Below the pieces are notes generated by a model. The model was given only the letters and a program-made list of their open reading frames with translations. It was not told the origin of the DNA and did no database searches. The position numbers and the translations under genes are program-made. A stretch of 64,000 nucleotides of DNA from IMG/VR virus record IMGVR_UViG_3300042344_000419; one strand, written 5' to 3'. The DNA comes from an uncultured virus (IMG/VR IMGVR_UViG_3300042344_000419) (lineage: Duplodnaviria; Heunggongvirae; Uroviricota; Caudoviricetes). Of this stretch, positions 18,409 through 27,589 are shown piece by piece (positions within the stretch are counted from its first letter, which is position 1; each line of letters opens with the position of its first letter).

Positions 18409-18477
18409 ATGAAACTTGACCTAAACATCAGCGAAATCAACACTCCGCTTCCTGCCGATGAACCATTGACTAACTAA
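18409..18477 (+). pseudogene. 22-codon remnant, possible deletion fusion of two small fibre-accessory genes
   Basis: MKLDLNISEINTPLPADEPLTN directly after the fibre stop. Confidence 0.35.
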
Positions 18478-18492
18478 AAGTAAGGATAACAT
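18466..18492 (+). promoter_or_regulatory. promoter-like element TTGACT-N15-TAACAT, leaderless ATG at 18499
   Basis: 15-bp spacer; 6 nt between -10 and ATG. Confidence 0.6.
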
Positions 18493-18498
18493 AGACCC

Positions 18499-19257
18499 AT
18501 GAGCAAAGCTCGCGACCTTTCTAAACTTCTAACAGACGGCCTAAGTTCGGTTCTAGCCGATAACAGCATTGGCCTCCCAAAACTTTCCAATATCACAACC
18601 GATCGGCTTGTTGGTCGGGATACCGCAGGTACTGGTGCCGTCGAGCAAATCTCAGTTTCTGGTGGCTTAGAATTCACAAATTCTGGGAGCCTTCAAACCA
18701 CCGCTTTTACTGGTGATGTCACGAAGACCGCTGGTGGGACTGCTCTTACGATCGCCACCGATGCAGTCACCACAACCAACATCCTTAACGACGCAGTTAC
18801 CACAGCCAAAATCCTTAACGGAAACGTCACCGCCGCGAAGGTTAACACGGGTGAAGTAGCCGTCCTTGGGACTGCCCAACAGTACACTCGCACACACAAT
18901 TTTACGGCAACGGCTTTGACGGATGGAGCTACTGTTGCTTGGGACTTGTCCCAGAACCAGGTAGCCGTGGTAACCCTTGGTGGGAATAGGGCGATGGGTA
19001 ACCCGACAAACATTGTGGCTGGCGCAGTATACATCTTGATTGTCAAACAAGACGCAACTGGCGGCAGAACGCTGTCATTTCCGTTCGGAACCTCTGGAGC
19101 TGGTAACACCGGGTATCGGTTTGCTGGAGCTACCTCATCTTCTGGGGCTCCAACTTTAAGCACAGCCGCTAACAAGATCGACATCCTCACCTTTGTCGCA
19201 ACTGCTTCCACGGATGGGACACACCTTTACGGCGTATCGTCGTTGAACTACGCGTAA
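18499..19257 (+). CDS. fibre adaptor/tail-associated protein
   Basis: MSKARDLS N-terminus, AVTT.KI repeats, C-terminal LTDGATVAWD..QDATGGRTL domain. Confidence 0.7.
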   Translation: MSKARDLSKLLTDGLSSVLADNSIGLPKLSNITTDRLVGRDTAGTGAVEQISVSGGLEFTNSGSLQTTAFTGDVTKTAGGTALTIATDAVTTTNILNDAVTTAKILNGNVTAAKVNTGEVAVLGTAQQYTRTHNFTATALTDGATVAWDLSQNQVAVVTLGGNRAMGNPTNIVAGAVYILIVKQDATGGRTLSFPFGTSGAGNTGYRFAGATSSSGAPTLSTAANKIDILTFVATASTDGTHLYGVSSLNYA

Positions 19258-19260
19258 GGT

Positions 19261-22200
19261 ATGTCTTGGCCCGTTCTCCCGCTTGGTCTGCTCGGTAGCC
19301 AAGCGTCTACTAGCGACAACGATACCTATCAGGTAAGCCGTAGCTTGCGGTTTAACTCGGCTGATTCGGCCTTCTTGAATAGGACGTTTGGTTCTGGTGG
19401 AAATACAAGCACTTGGACGCTTAGTTTTTGGATAAAGCCAAATTCTACTGCGGACGGAAATATACTTAATTCGGTACAAGCTACAAATACAAACAATCTG
19501 CTTGGTCAAATTTATTTTACAAGTAGTAGGCTTGGATTTTTTCAGTATTCTGGAACCACAACATTTACTGACATAATAACATCTCAAGTATTTAGAGATT
19601 TTTCCGCATGGTATCACATTGTCATAAGATACGATGACACGCAGGCGACAGCATCTAACCGAGTACGCATGTATGTAAATGGGTCATTGGTAACAGCATT
19701 TACTTCTGCAAGCTATCCATCTCAAAATCTAAATGGATTCATAAATCAACCACAACCTCATTTAATTGGTCAATATGCAGCAACTGGAATGGGCCAGTTC
19801 TTAAATGCCTATCTAGCAGAAATGCATTTTGTTCCAGGTCAATCACTGGATTCATCCTCATTCGGCGAAACCGATGCTATTACTGGCCGATGGAAAGCCA
19901 AAGCTTTCGTGGGAACGTACGGAACGAATGGGTTCTATTTACCTTTTACAAATCAAGGAACCACGCAAAATCTTTTGACACATTCAGAGGACTTTTCTAA
20001 TGCAGCGTGGACAAAGTTTCAATCAACTGTAACAGTAAATGCAGCTGTAGCACCAAACGGAACAACAACTGCCGATAAGCTAATTGAAACAGCCTCGGTA
20101 GGAGATCATCAACTCAATCGAGCGTATACAGCTGTTGATAACACTACCTATACTCTTTCTGCTTACGCTAAAGCTGGCGAGCGTACTGTCTTCCGCTTAT
20201 ACCTACAAAATAAAGCTGGAACATATAACTTTTCAGACTTTGATTTAGTTTCTGGAACTATTCCACTTACGTCAGGTGTCGTTCCTGCAATTACTGCTGT
20301 TGGTAATGGGTGGTATCGTTGCTCGGTGACTGCCAACGCGGGAACTGGAGCTACTGCTTCCCCCCTCGCGTTTTTATCATACGGAACAGCAACTGCTGGA
20401 AGCGGCACAAACGGACTATTTGTTTGGGGCGCGCAACTTGAGGCAAGCTCCTCAGCTGGACCCTATATGGTTACGGGGGCATCTGCTCAGACTTCAACAC
20501 TTGCTATTGGCGCAGACGCTTCTGTTTCGACAGGGGGTTACAACAACTGGGTAGCGAACAACCTCTCCGTAACCCCCGGAACTGGTAACGACAGCCTTGT
20601 AGATTCACCGACAAATTTCGGGGCTATCTCAACGACTCTTGTGGATGACACATACCAGATCAGTAAGAGTCTTAGGTTTAACTCGGCTGATTCCGCCTTT
20701 TTAACTAGAACACCTTCGGTTGCTGGTAATCGCAAGACTTGGACTTGGAGTGGGTGGGTTAAGAGAGCCAAAGTAGATACTGGTACATTTTATCAGTTAT
20801 TTGGAGGCGGGACTGGAACTGGGGGGAACGACGGGATATTTTTTGATACTACGGCTGGGGGCGTTTATTATACTCACGCCCTAAGTGACTCGATCGTTAC
20901 TACGTCTGGTTACCGCGACCCGTCAACTTGGTATCATATTGTTTTTTCAGTAGACACTACACAAGCAACAGCCTCAAACAGAGTGCGGGTTTATATAAAC
21001 GGAGCTGAGGTTAGAAATTTTGCAACTGCCAGCTACCCAGCGCAAAATGCCGATAACGCCTACATCAACACAACCAGTCAGCACAGAATTGGGGCTCATA
21101 CAAATAGTGGCTATTATTTTGATGGCTATCTCGCCGAAGTTAACTTCATCGACGGCCAAGCACTAACCCCATCCAGCTTTGGAACTCGGGATATCAACAC
21201 CTACCTCTGGAAACCGAAAGCCTATACAGGGACGTATGGTACGAATGGGTTCTATCTAAACTTCTCAGATAGTAGCAACACCACAGCGACTACTCTTGGG
21301 AAAGATCAGGCTGGTTCTAACAACTGGACTCCAAATAACTTCTCCGTCACGGCTGGGCTTGGGAACGACAGCCTAGTCGATTCTCCAACCTACTATGGAA
21401 CAGATACTGGGGTTGGGGGTGAGGCGAGGGGGGACTATGCGACGCTAAATCCACTAGACATAGGCCCGACATCGGCACTAGCTAACGGCAATCTTGATTT
21501 CTCGTCATCAAACAACGCAAATTATTCAATTTGCAGGTCAACCATCGGGGTGTCTTCCGGTAAATGGTATTGGGAAATTTTGGTAAATTCAGCCGCCTCG
21601 GCTAACGCAGTTGGTATTGCCAATGGCTCCGCATCCCTGAGTCAGTATTTGGGGCAAAACGCAAACGGTTGGTCATATTATTCAGACGGGCAAAAATATA
21701 ATAATGCCTCTGGAACTGCCTACGGATCTTCATTTACAACAAATGACATTATTGGCGTTGCCCTTGACATGGATAACGGAACATTGGTTTTCTATAAAAA
21801 CAATAGCTCTCAGGGAACAGCGTTTACAGGACTCAGCGGAACCATGTTTGCGGCTGTATCGGATGCATCTTCCGTAAGCACAGCGAATTTAATCTGCAAC
21901 TTCGGCCAACGTCCATTCGCCTACGCCGCACCCTCCGGCTTCAAGGCATTACGGGACTACAACAAACTACCCGTGCCTACCGGGGGAGAGGTGCGGGGGA
22001 ATTATGCGACACTTAATCCATTATTTGGAAATATTGGAGGTATTATAACGGATGGGAACCTTACGTTAACCCATACTGGTGGAGCTAACTCAAAGAATGC
22101 CTTAGGCGTATCCTCAATTGCAATGTCTACTGGAAAGTGGTACTGCGAGTTTACAAATACTGCCGCAACGACTTCAGACAGAATTGGTATTATCAGTTCC

Positions 22201-23613
22201 GTAAACACCTCAATTGTAACCAGCGGTAACCCATTCATCAGCCAATATGCTGACGGTTACTCAGCTTTTGTGGGTGGGGGGACTTTTAGAGAAAACAACA
22301 ACACCAGCTCAGCTATAACAAACTTTGGGGGCAGCTCCCCAGTTGTTAACGATATTTATATGGTTGCTCTTGATCTAGATAACAACAAGGTGTGGTTTGG
22401 TAGGAATGGGTCTTGGGCTAACAGCGGGAACCCAGCATCTGGAACAACAGCAACATATTCTATACTTTCTGGGCGATCCTACTACTTTGCTTGCAACACT
22501 TATTCGGGGGATCAACTGGTTGCAAACTTCGGCCAACGCCCCTGGGCTTACGATGCCCCATTCGGTTTCTTACCCCTCTGCACCACGTCATTACCTCAAC
22601 CGATCGTCCAGAAGTCGAGCACCGCGATGGATGTGGTTACTTATACTGGCAACGGAGCAACATCTCAAGATATTACTGGCTTGTCGTTCAGCCCTGATTT
22701 GGTTTGGCTAAAATCAAGGACGGATGCCTACGACCACAGGTTGAAGGATACAATCAGGGGTAACTTTGCCTTGTTTAGCAATCTTACAAATGCCGAGTCT
22801 GGGTATAGCCTTGATTTCCTTTCAAATGGCATACGTCCAACTCTTGGCTTTAATGATAACATAAACTCAAAACAATACGTCGCTTGGGCTTGGGACGCAG
22901 GCTCATCCAGCGTAACCAACACATCTGGAGCTATATCCAGCACAGTCAGGGCGAATCCGCAGGCTGGGGTTTCGATTGTGAGCTTTGTTAACGCATCTGG
23001 AACTAATCAATCAACCGTTGGTCATGGGCTTGGGTCATCGCCAAAAATGATTATCGCAAAAAACCGTGATACTAGCGCAAATAATTGGGCAGTTTTTCAT
23101 TCGTCAGTTTGCGACACAACTTCAAAGTTTTTGCAATTAAACACAACTGCCGCACTTACAACCTTTGCAACCGTATGGGGGGCAAGCCTCCCATCTTCAT
23201 CTGTATTTGGTGTCACTGGTGGCGGTATAGCCACGGCAAGTGTTAATATGATTGCCTACTGCTTCTCCGAGGTTGAAGGCTACTCCAAGTTTGGAAGCTA
23301 TGTGGGTAATGGCTCGGCAGATGGTCCGTTTGTATACTGCGGATTTAGGCCGAGGTTTTTAATGATAAAAAGAACGGATGGGGATGCTTGGATTATAAAA
23401 GATACCGCAAGGTCGGTGTTTAATGGCTTTGATGTTGAAATCTATCCAGCCTCATCCGCGGCAGAAGGTGGACCGTATTCGCCTCCAATTATGGATTACG
23501 TATCAAACGGATTTAAACTAAGAAGCAATACAAGCGCGAGCAACGCATCTGGATTCGCATACATCTTCGCAGCCTTCGCCGAATCACCCTTCAAATACGC
23601 AAGAGCAAGATAA
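19261..23613 (+). CDS. large receptor-binding/spike protein (2x LamG-like, carbohydrate-binding-like insert, 2x SPRY-like)
   Basis: duplicated SLRFNSADSAFL..WYHIV..YLAE modules; SGKWYWE/TGKWYCE..ALD.DN..NFGQRP; ends AFAESPFKYARAR. Confidence 0.75.
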   Translation: MSWPVLPLGLLGSQASTSDNDTYQVSRSLRFNSADSAFLNRTFGSGGNTSTWTLSFWIKPNSTADGNILNSVQATNTNNLLGQIYFTSSRLGFFQYSGTTTFTDIITSQVFRDFSAWYHIVIRYDDTQATASNRVRMYVNGSLVTAFTSASYPSQNLNGFINQPQPHLIGQYAATGMGQFLNAYLAEMHFVPGQSLDSSSFGETDAITGRWKAKAFVGTYGTNGFYLPFTNQGTTQNLLTHSEDFSNAAWTKFQSTVTVNAAVAPNGTTTADKLIETASVGDHQLNRAYTAVDNTTYTLSAYAKAGERTVFRLYLQNKAGTYNFSDFDLVSGTIPLTSGVVPAITAVGNGWYRCSVTANAGTGATASPLAFLSYGTATAGSGTNGLFVWGAQLEASSSAGPYMVTGASAQTSTLAIGADASVSTGGYNNWVANNLSVTPGTGNDSLVDSPTNFGAISTTLVDDTYQISKSLRFNSADSAFLTRTPSVAGNRKTWTWSGWVKRAKVDTGTFYQLFGGGTGTGGNDGIFFDTTAGGVYYTHALSDSIVTTSGYRDPSTWYHIVFSVDTTQATASNRVRVYINGAEVRNFATASYPAQNADNAYINTTSQHRIGAHTNSGYYFDGYLAEVNFIDGQALTPSSFGTRDINTYLWKPKAYTGTYGTNGFYLNFSDSSNTTATTLGKDQAGSNNWTPNNFSVTAGLGNDSLVDSPTYYGTDTGVGGEARGDYATLNPLDIGPTSALANGNLDFSSSNNANYSICRSTIGVSSGKWYWEILVNSAASANAVGIANGSASLSQYLGQNANGWSYYSDGQKYNNASGTAYGSSFTTNDIIGVALDMDNGTLVFYKNNSSQGTAFTGLSGTMFAAVSDASSVSTANLICNFGQRPFAYAAPSGFKALRDYNKLPVPTGGEVRGNYATLNPLFGNIGGIITDGNLTLTHTGGANSKNALGVSSIAMSTGKWYCEFTNTAATTSDRIGIISSVNTSIVTSGNPFISQYADGYSAFVGGGTFRENNNTSSAITNFGGSSPVVNDIYMVALDLDNNKVWFGRNGSWANSGNPASGTTATYSILSGRSYYFACNTYSGDQLVANFGQRPWAYDAPFGFLPLCTTSLPQPIVQKSSTAMDVVTYTGNGATSQDITGLSFSPDLVWLKSRTDAYDHRLKDTIRGNFALFSNLTNAESGYSLDFLSNGIRPTLGFNDNINSKQYVAWAWDAGSSSVTNTSGAISSTVRANPQAGVSIVSFVNASGTNQSTVGHGLGSSPKMIIAKNRDTSANNWAVFHSSVCDTTSKFLQLNTTAALTTFATVWGASLPSSSVFGVTGGGIATASVNMIAYCFSEVEGYSKFGSYVGNGSADGPFVYCGFRPRFLMIKRTDGDAWIIKDTARSVFNGFDVEIYPASSAAEGGPYSPPIMDYVSNGFKLRSNTSASNASGFAYIFAAFAESPFKYARAR

Positions 23614-23626
23614 GGAGAACACATAT

Positions 23627-24049
23627 ATGTGGATAACAACCAACAACCAAATCATTTCCTCCCCAAGAGGAATAACCATCAACGAAATTCAGCACCCCCA
23701 GACCGTATTTCAATTCTGGTCGAAGGAGGAACTGGCAGCCATAGGTGTCAAACCCTATCACCCAGCATATCCCCCGGCTGGCGAGAGGGTAACCTCATCG
23801 TCTACGGAGGAGCGTGACGGGGAAATCTACGAAGTTCTGACGACTGAGGCAGTACCGCCAGCCCCAGATACTCGCTCCTACTCGGAGAAAAGAGCATCGG
23901 AATACCCCAGCCTATCCGAGCTGAACGTGGCTCTCTGGGAAAAGGTCGTTGAGGGTCGGTCTGAATCCGCTGATGCTTTGGAAGCAAAGCGCCAGGAGAT
24001 CAAGGCTAAGTACCCAAAAACGATCGAGCCCGAACCAGCTCTCAGTTGA
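23627..24049 (+). CDS. tail fibre assembly/chaperone-like protein
   Basis: SD AAGGAG; ..YSEKRASEYPS..IKAKYPK motif. Confidence 0.6.
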   Translation: MWITTNNQIISSPRGITINEIQHPQTVFQFWSKEELAAIGVKPYHPAYPPAGERVTSSSTEERDGEIYEVLTTEAVPPAPDTRSYSEKRASEYPSLSELNVALWEKVVEGRSESADALEAKRQEIKAKYPKTIEPEPALS

Positions 24050-24432
24050 ACACTACCGACATACCTTTAGGTGTAGCGGTTTTGGGCTGGCAGCAAGAGT
24101 ACACAGCCGCCCACAACTTTAAGGCAACTACGCTAACGGACGGAGCAACGATTGCTTGGGATCTTGCATCCAATCAGGTTGCTAAGGTCGTTCTTGGCGG
24201 AAATCGAACTTTGCAAAACCCAACTTTTGCCAAGGATGGCGGTGTTTATGTGCTGTTTGTGACCCAAGATGCTACTGGTTCTAGAACTTTGACTTACGGA
24301 TCAAACTATCGGTGGTCAAACGGAAACCTTACTCCAACCCTTACCACAACCCCAGGGCGAACTGATATTCTAACATTTGTATCTTTTGACGGAAAAATGT
24401 ACGGGTCTGGCAGTTTTAACTATACGGTTTAA
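24046..24432 (+). CDS. paralogue of the C-terminal domain of 18499-19257
   Basis: TTG start in TTGA overlap; VAVLG..QEYT..HNF.AT.LTDGATIAWDL..QDATGSRTL. Confidence 0.65.
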   Translation: MNTTDIPLGVAVLGWQQEYTAAHNFKATTLTDGATIAWDLASNQVAKVVLGGNRTLQNPTFAKDGGVYVLFVTQDATGSRTLTYGSNYRWSNGNLTPTLTTTPGRTDILTFVSFDGKMYGSGSFNYTV

Positions 24433-24436
24433 GAAA

Positions 24437-25228
24437 ATGCCTTGGCCCGTAATGCCTTTTGGTTTTATAGGTGCCGCAGCTAGCCGGAATTTCACGATTT
24501 ATGGGCGGAACCCGCCAACAACGTTTAGCTATATCCTTGTTGTCGGTGGTGGGGCAAACGGAGCCAATTTTTCAGGTGGTGGTGCTGGGGGTGTGCGAGT
24601 TGTAACAAATGTAAGCACAGGAATTGTAATCAATAATCCAATGCCAACATTTTCTTTTCCAGTCACGGTGGGTGGGGTTTCAGGCTCAAGTAGTTTTTTT
24701 GGTCAAGCGACTACTGGGGGGTCTGGCAGTACAGCGGGATCTCCGCAGAATTATGGGGGTAATGGTCGATTTGACCCGTCTGGGGGTAGTGCTGGTAACT
24801 TTAGAGGAAGCTATGGGGGAGGTGGGGGAGGCTATACTGGCGGAGGTGCTGGCCCGACCGCTGGTATTGGGGGCTATCGATGCGGAGCTGGAGCCCAAGG
24901 GTATGCCTTACCGAGCCCAATAAACACAATTCTAGGAATGACACACGTTGGTTCTGGCGGTGGTGGTGGAGCCTGGGCATCGCAGATGACAATTATCCCA
25001 GCTGCTGGTGGAACTGGGGCTGGAGCCGGAACAACAAACTCAGTCGGAGGATCGGCAATATATTATGGCTGCGGTGGTGGGGGTGGGTACTTAGCGAATG
25101 GGGCTGGTATGGGCGGAGTAGTGGTTGTGGGCTACGCCGGGACGCAAGCTGGTCCTGGCGGATCGGTCACAACCATATCTGGATCAACCTACCATGTTTT
25201 CACTTCTGGTGGAGCTATTGAACTATAA
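24437..25228 (+). CDS. glycine-rich second receptor-binding-like protein
   Basis: ATG 24437; N-terminus MPWPVMPFGFIG resembles MSWPVLPLGLLG; Gly-rich; ends YHVFTSGG. Confidence 0.7.
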   Translation: MPWPVMPFGFIGAAASRNFTIYGRNPPTTFSYILVVGGGANGANFSGGGAGGVRVVTNVSTGIVINNPMPTFSFPVTVGGVSGSSSFFGQATTGGSGSTAGSPQNYGGNGRFDPSGGSAGNFRGSYGGGGGGYTGGGAGPTAGIGGYRCGAGAQGYALPSPINTILGMTHVGSGGGGGAWASQMTIIPAAGGTGAGAGTTNSVGGSAIYYGCGGGGGYLANGAGMGGVVVVGYAGTQAGPGGSVTTISGSTYHVFTSGGAIEL

Positions 25229-25237
25229 CTCACATTC

Positions 25238-25264
25238 TTGACAAATCGGTGTCTGACTTAAACT
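25238..25264 (+). promoter_or_regulatory. promoter-like element TTGACA-N15-TAAACT
   Basis: intergenic, 15-bp spacer, precedes ejection-protein block. Confidence 0.6.
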
Positions 25265-25276
25265 TAAGTAACCGCT

Positions 25277-25639
25277 ATGGCCGCATCAAAAATAGAAGAA
25301 CTCCAATCTCTAGGTGAACTACAAGAACTTGTCGCGGCCGCAAAAGAAGACAATCACGATGTCCTGTTCCCTTCACATATCTTTAGAAAGAACGGAGAAC
25401 TTATTGGGTATGCTGGGGTTTTTTCTATGCCCATCCTTATGTGGTGGTTGGACTCAAAAAAGGGCAATGCCCGAGACACTTTAGAAATGCTCAAAGAAGT
25501 TGAAAATCTAGCAAGGACAAAACAAGTAAAGAGGTATGTAACAATCTGCTCTGAAAACTCACCATACTTTAAGCATATGAATCGGCTCGGTTACTCAAAA
25601 CTAGGAAAAACAGTCATGTTCCAAAAGGAGATTATTTAA
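25277..25639 (+). CDS. GNAT-fold-like protein (positional analogue of T7 gp13)
   Basis: ..GELIGYAGV..EVENLAR..HMNRLGYSKLG; precedes ejection genes. Confidence 0.5.
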   Translation: MAASKIEELQSLGELQELVAAAKEDNHDVLFPSHIFRKNGELIGYAGVFSMPILMWWLDSKKGNARDTLEMLKEVENLARTKQVKRYVTICSENSPYFKHMNRLGYSKLGKTVMFQKEII

Positions 25640-25640
25640 T

Positions 25641-26504
25641 ATGGGATGCTTCGGAGACGACCCAGATAAACCACAGTACGTAGCCGCACAACTCGAGAAG
25701 CTGTCTCTACCAGATCGTCTGAAGGCTATTGATGAATTCATAGCACAGAAAGACAAGTTTGGTGGCATCCAAGAAACTATTAAAGCTTCTGCTTCTGGTT
25801 ACTTGGATAGCCTTGATGCCCTAAGACCTGGATACAAGGCGGGTCTTGAAAAAACCCAGCAAACCGCAGACTCTTTGGCTCAAGGGCTGATGCCAGATGA
25901 TGTTGCTTCGAAAGTTTCTAGATCTGCCGCCTTTAAAGGACTGACGGCTGGCTTGGGAGGTTCGGGAAGATCTCAAGTCGAGGCCAGAGACATGGCTAGA
26001 ACAAGTTTTGATTTAATGGGTCAAGGGATAACGATGCAGCAGGGGTTACGCCAAGAGACAAGAGGTCTTATGCCTCTTCAAAGCATGAACCTCGCCTTTA
26101 CGCCGCAAAACATTCGTCAGGAGGACGTAGCTCTAGCCCAATACAATAATAATATCGCCAATCGGCAGGCAGAGCTAAACGCGAACGTATACAATCGTCA
26201 ACAGGACGCAAATTACGCTTACGAATCTGAGTATAGCGGTTCTCCTTGGGCGGGTATTGCAGGGAGTGTCATCGGAGCTGGTCTCGGTGTTCTCGCAGCC
26301 CCAGCAACTGGGGGAATGTCTATTCCGCTAGGTATGAGTATGGGCGGGGCGATTGGTGGCCAGTTAGGTGGTGCTAAAGGAATGCAGGCCGGAGCAACTG
26401 GTATGTCGGTAGGCAATATGGGTATTGCTGGAGTCTCTTCCTACAACCAAGGAAGAAATCAAATGTTTAGCAATTACAAAGGTCCGTTTATTTGGGACTA
26501 CTAA
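25641..26504 (+). CDS. putative DNA ejection/pilot protein
   Basis: helical Gln/Ala-rich body, C-terminal Gly-rich hydrophobic hairpin. Confidence 0.6.
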   Translation: MGCFGDDPDKPQYVAAQLEKLSLPDRLKAIDEFIAQKDKFGGIQETIKASASGYLDSLDALRPGYKAGLEKTQQTADSLAQGLMPDDVASKVSRSAAFKGLTAGLGGSGRSQVEARDMARTSFDLMGQGITMQQGLRQETRGLMPLQSMNLAFTPQNIRQEDVALAQYNNNIANRQAELNANVYNRQQDANYAYESEYSGSPWAGIAGSVIGAGLGVLAAPATGGMSIPLGMSMGGAIGGQLGGAKGMQAGATGMSVGNMGIAGVSSYNQGRNQMFSNYKGPFIWDY

Positions 26505-26507
26505 CAG

Positions 26508-27587
26508 ATGACGCCTCGCGAACAGATTGCCATTACCTCGGGTCTCGCCCAAAGCGTGGCGAGCAATATCTTTATGGCTCAACGTGCAAATATAGCACAA
26601 AAAGATTTGAGCCTTCGGGAGAAGTCTTACGCAGAGGGGATTCGGCAGGCGGATCGTAATTTCGAGATGGAGACCAAGCGTCTTGAGATGACTGGGAAAT
26701 ACCAAGACGCTCAAATGCAGGCCTGGAACCGCCAAGCTTTGGATTTCGAAACCGACACAACAACCGCCCCCATAGTTGCCGACTATGCGTCGCAACTCGA
26801 AAGCCTCCACGGAGACCCAGATGCAATTGAGAAATGGTCTCCAGATATGAGCGTGATTGACCAAGCACCAGAAAATCTTAGGCCCAGGATGCGAGCCAAG
26901 CTTTCTATGGCTGGCCGAGAGCTCCGAGACAAGGCTTTGGCTTCTAGTACAGAATATAAAGACCGCAGCGAAAGGGGTGCTTTACTGCTAAAGGGCTCGA
27001 AATACCTAACGCCAGACAACGGATTTACAGAGGAAGCAAGAGGAGTTTCTGAAATGCTTGGGAGAAAACTCCTTCGTCGCCAGCCCTTGACTCAAGAAGA
27101 AGAGATGATGGCCGCATCTTTGACAAGTAAGGTTGAAAAGGAAGTTCAGAAGCGTGACCCCGATCTTATCAAGGCTCGGTACAAATACGGAACAGAACTT
27201 ACAATTGAAGGTCTCAAGACAGCCACCATTGAGTTTAACGAAGCCAGCAAGAGCTACAGAGACGCAACAGCCAACCCAGTTATTCCGGCAAGCGTTAAGC
27301 AACAACTCAAAGAAGAAAGAGATCTGGCTGCGACTAAGCTTCAAATCGCGAAGAAAACTGCTGGCATATCCGACAAGTTACCCGGTGAAACCGATGAAGA
27401 GGAAACTGAGCAAAAACCAAAACAGGAGGAAAAGACAAAGAAATCGGGAGTGGCTCCAGAAGCGGCGCCAGAAAGCCCGCTCAAGAGAGCACTCAAGCCT
27501 TACCCAAGTGTCCCAAGCAAGCCATCTTCTTTAAGATCTTTGCCTGGGATGAAGGGAAGTGCTGGTATCAACTCAGTTGAGGCATAA
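26508..27587 (+). CDS. putative internal virion/ejection protein
   Basis: helical, charged; between pilot-like gene and giant protein. Confidence 0.5.
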   Translation: MTPREQIAITSGLAQSVASNIFMAQRANIAQKDLSLREKSYAEGIRQADRNFEMETKRLEMTGKYQDAQMQAWNRQALDFETDTTTAPIVADYASQLESLHGDPDAIEKWSPDMSVIDQAPENLRPRMRAKLSMAGRELRDKALASSTEYKDRSERGALLLKGSKYLTPDNGFTEEARGVSEMLGRKLLRRQPLTQEEEMMAASLTSKVEKEVQKRDPDLIKARYKYGTELTIEGLKTATIEFNEASKSYRDATANPVIPASVKQQLKEERDLAATKLQIAKKTAGISDKLPGETDEEETEQKPKQEEKTKKSGVAPEAAPESPLKRALKPYPSVPSKPSSLRSLPGMKGSAGINSVEA

Positions 27588-27589
27588 TC

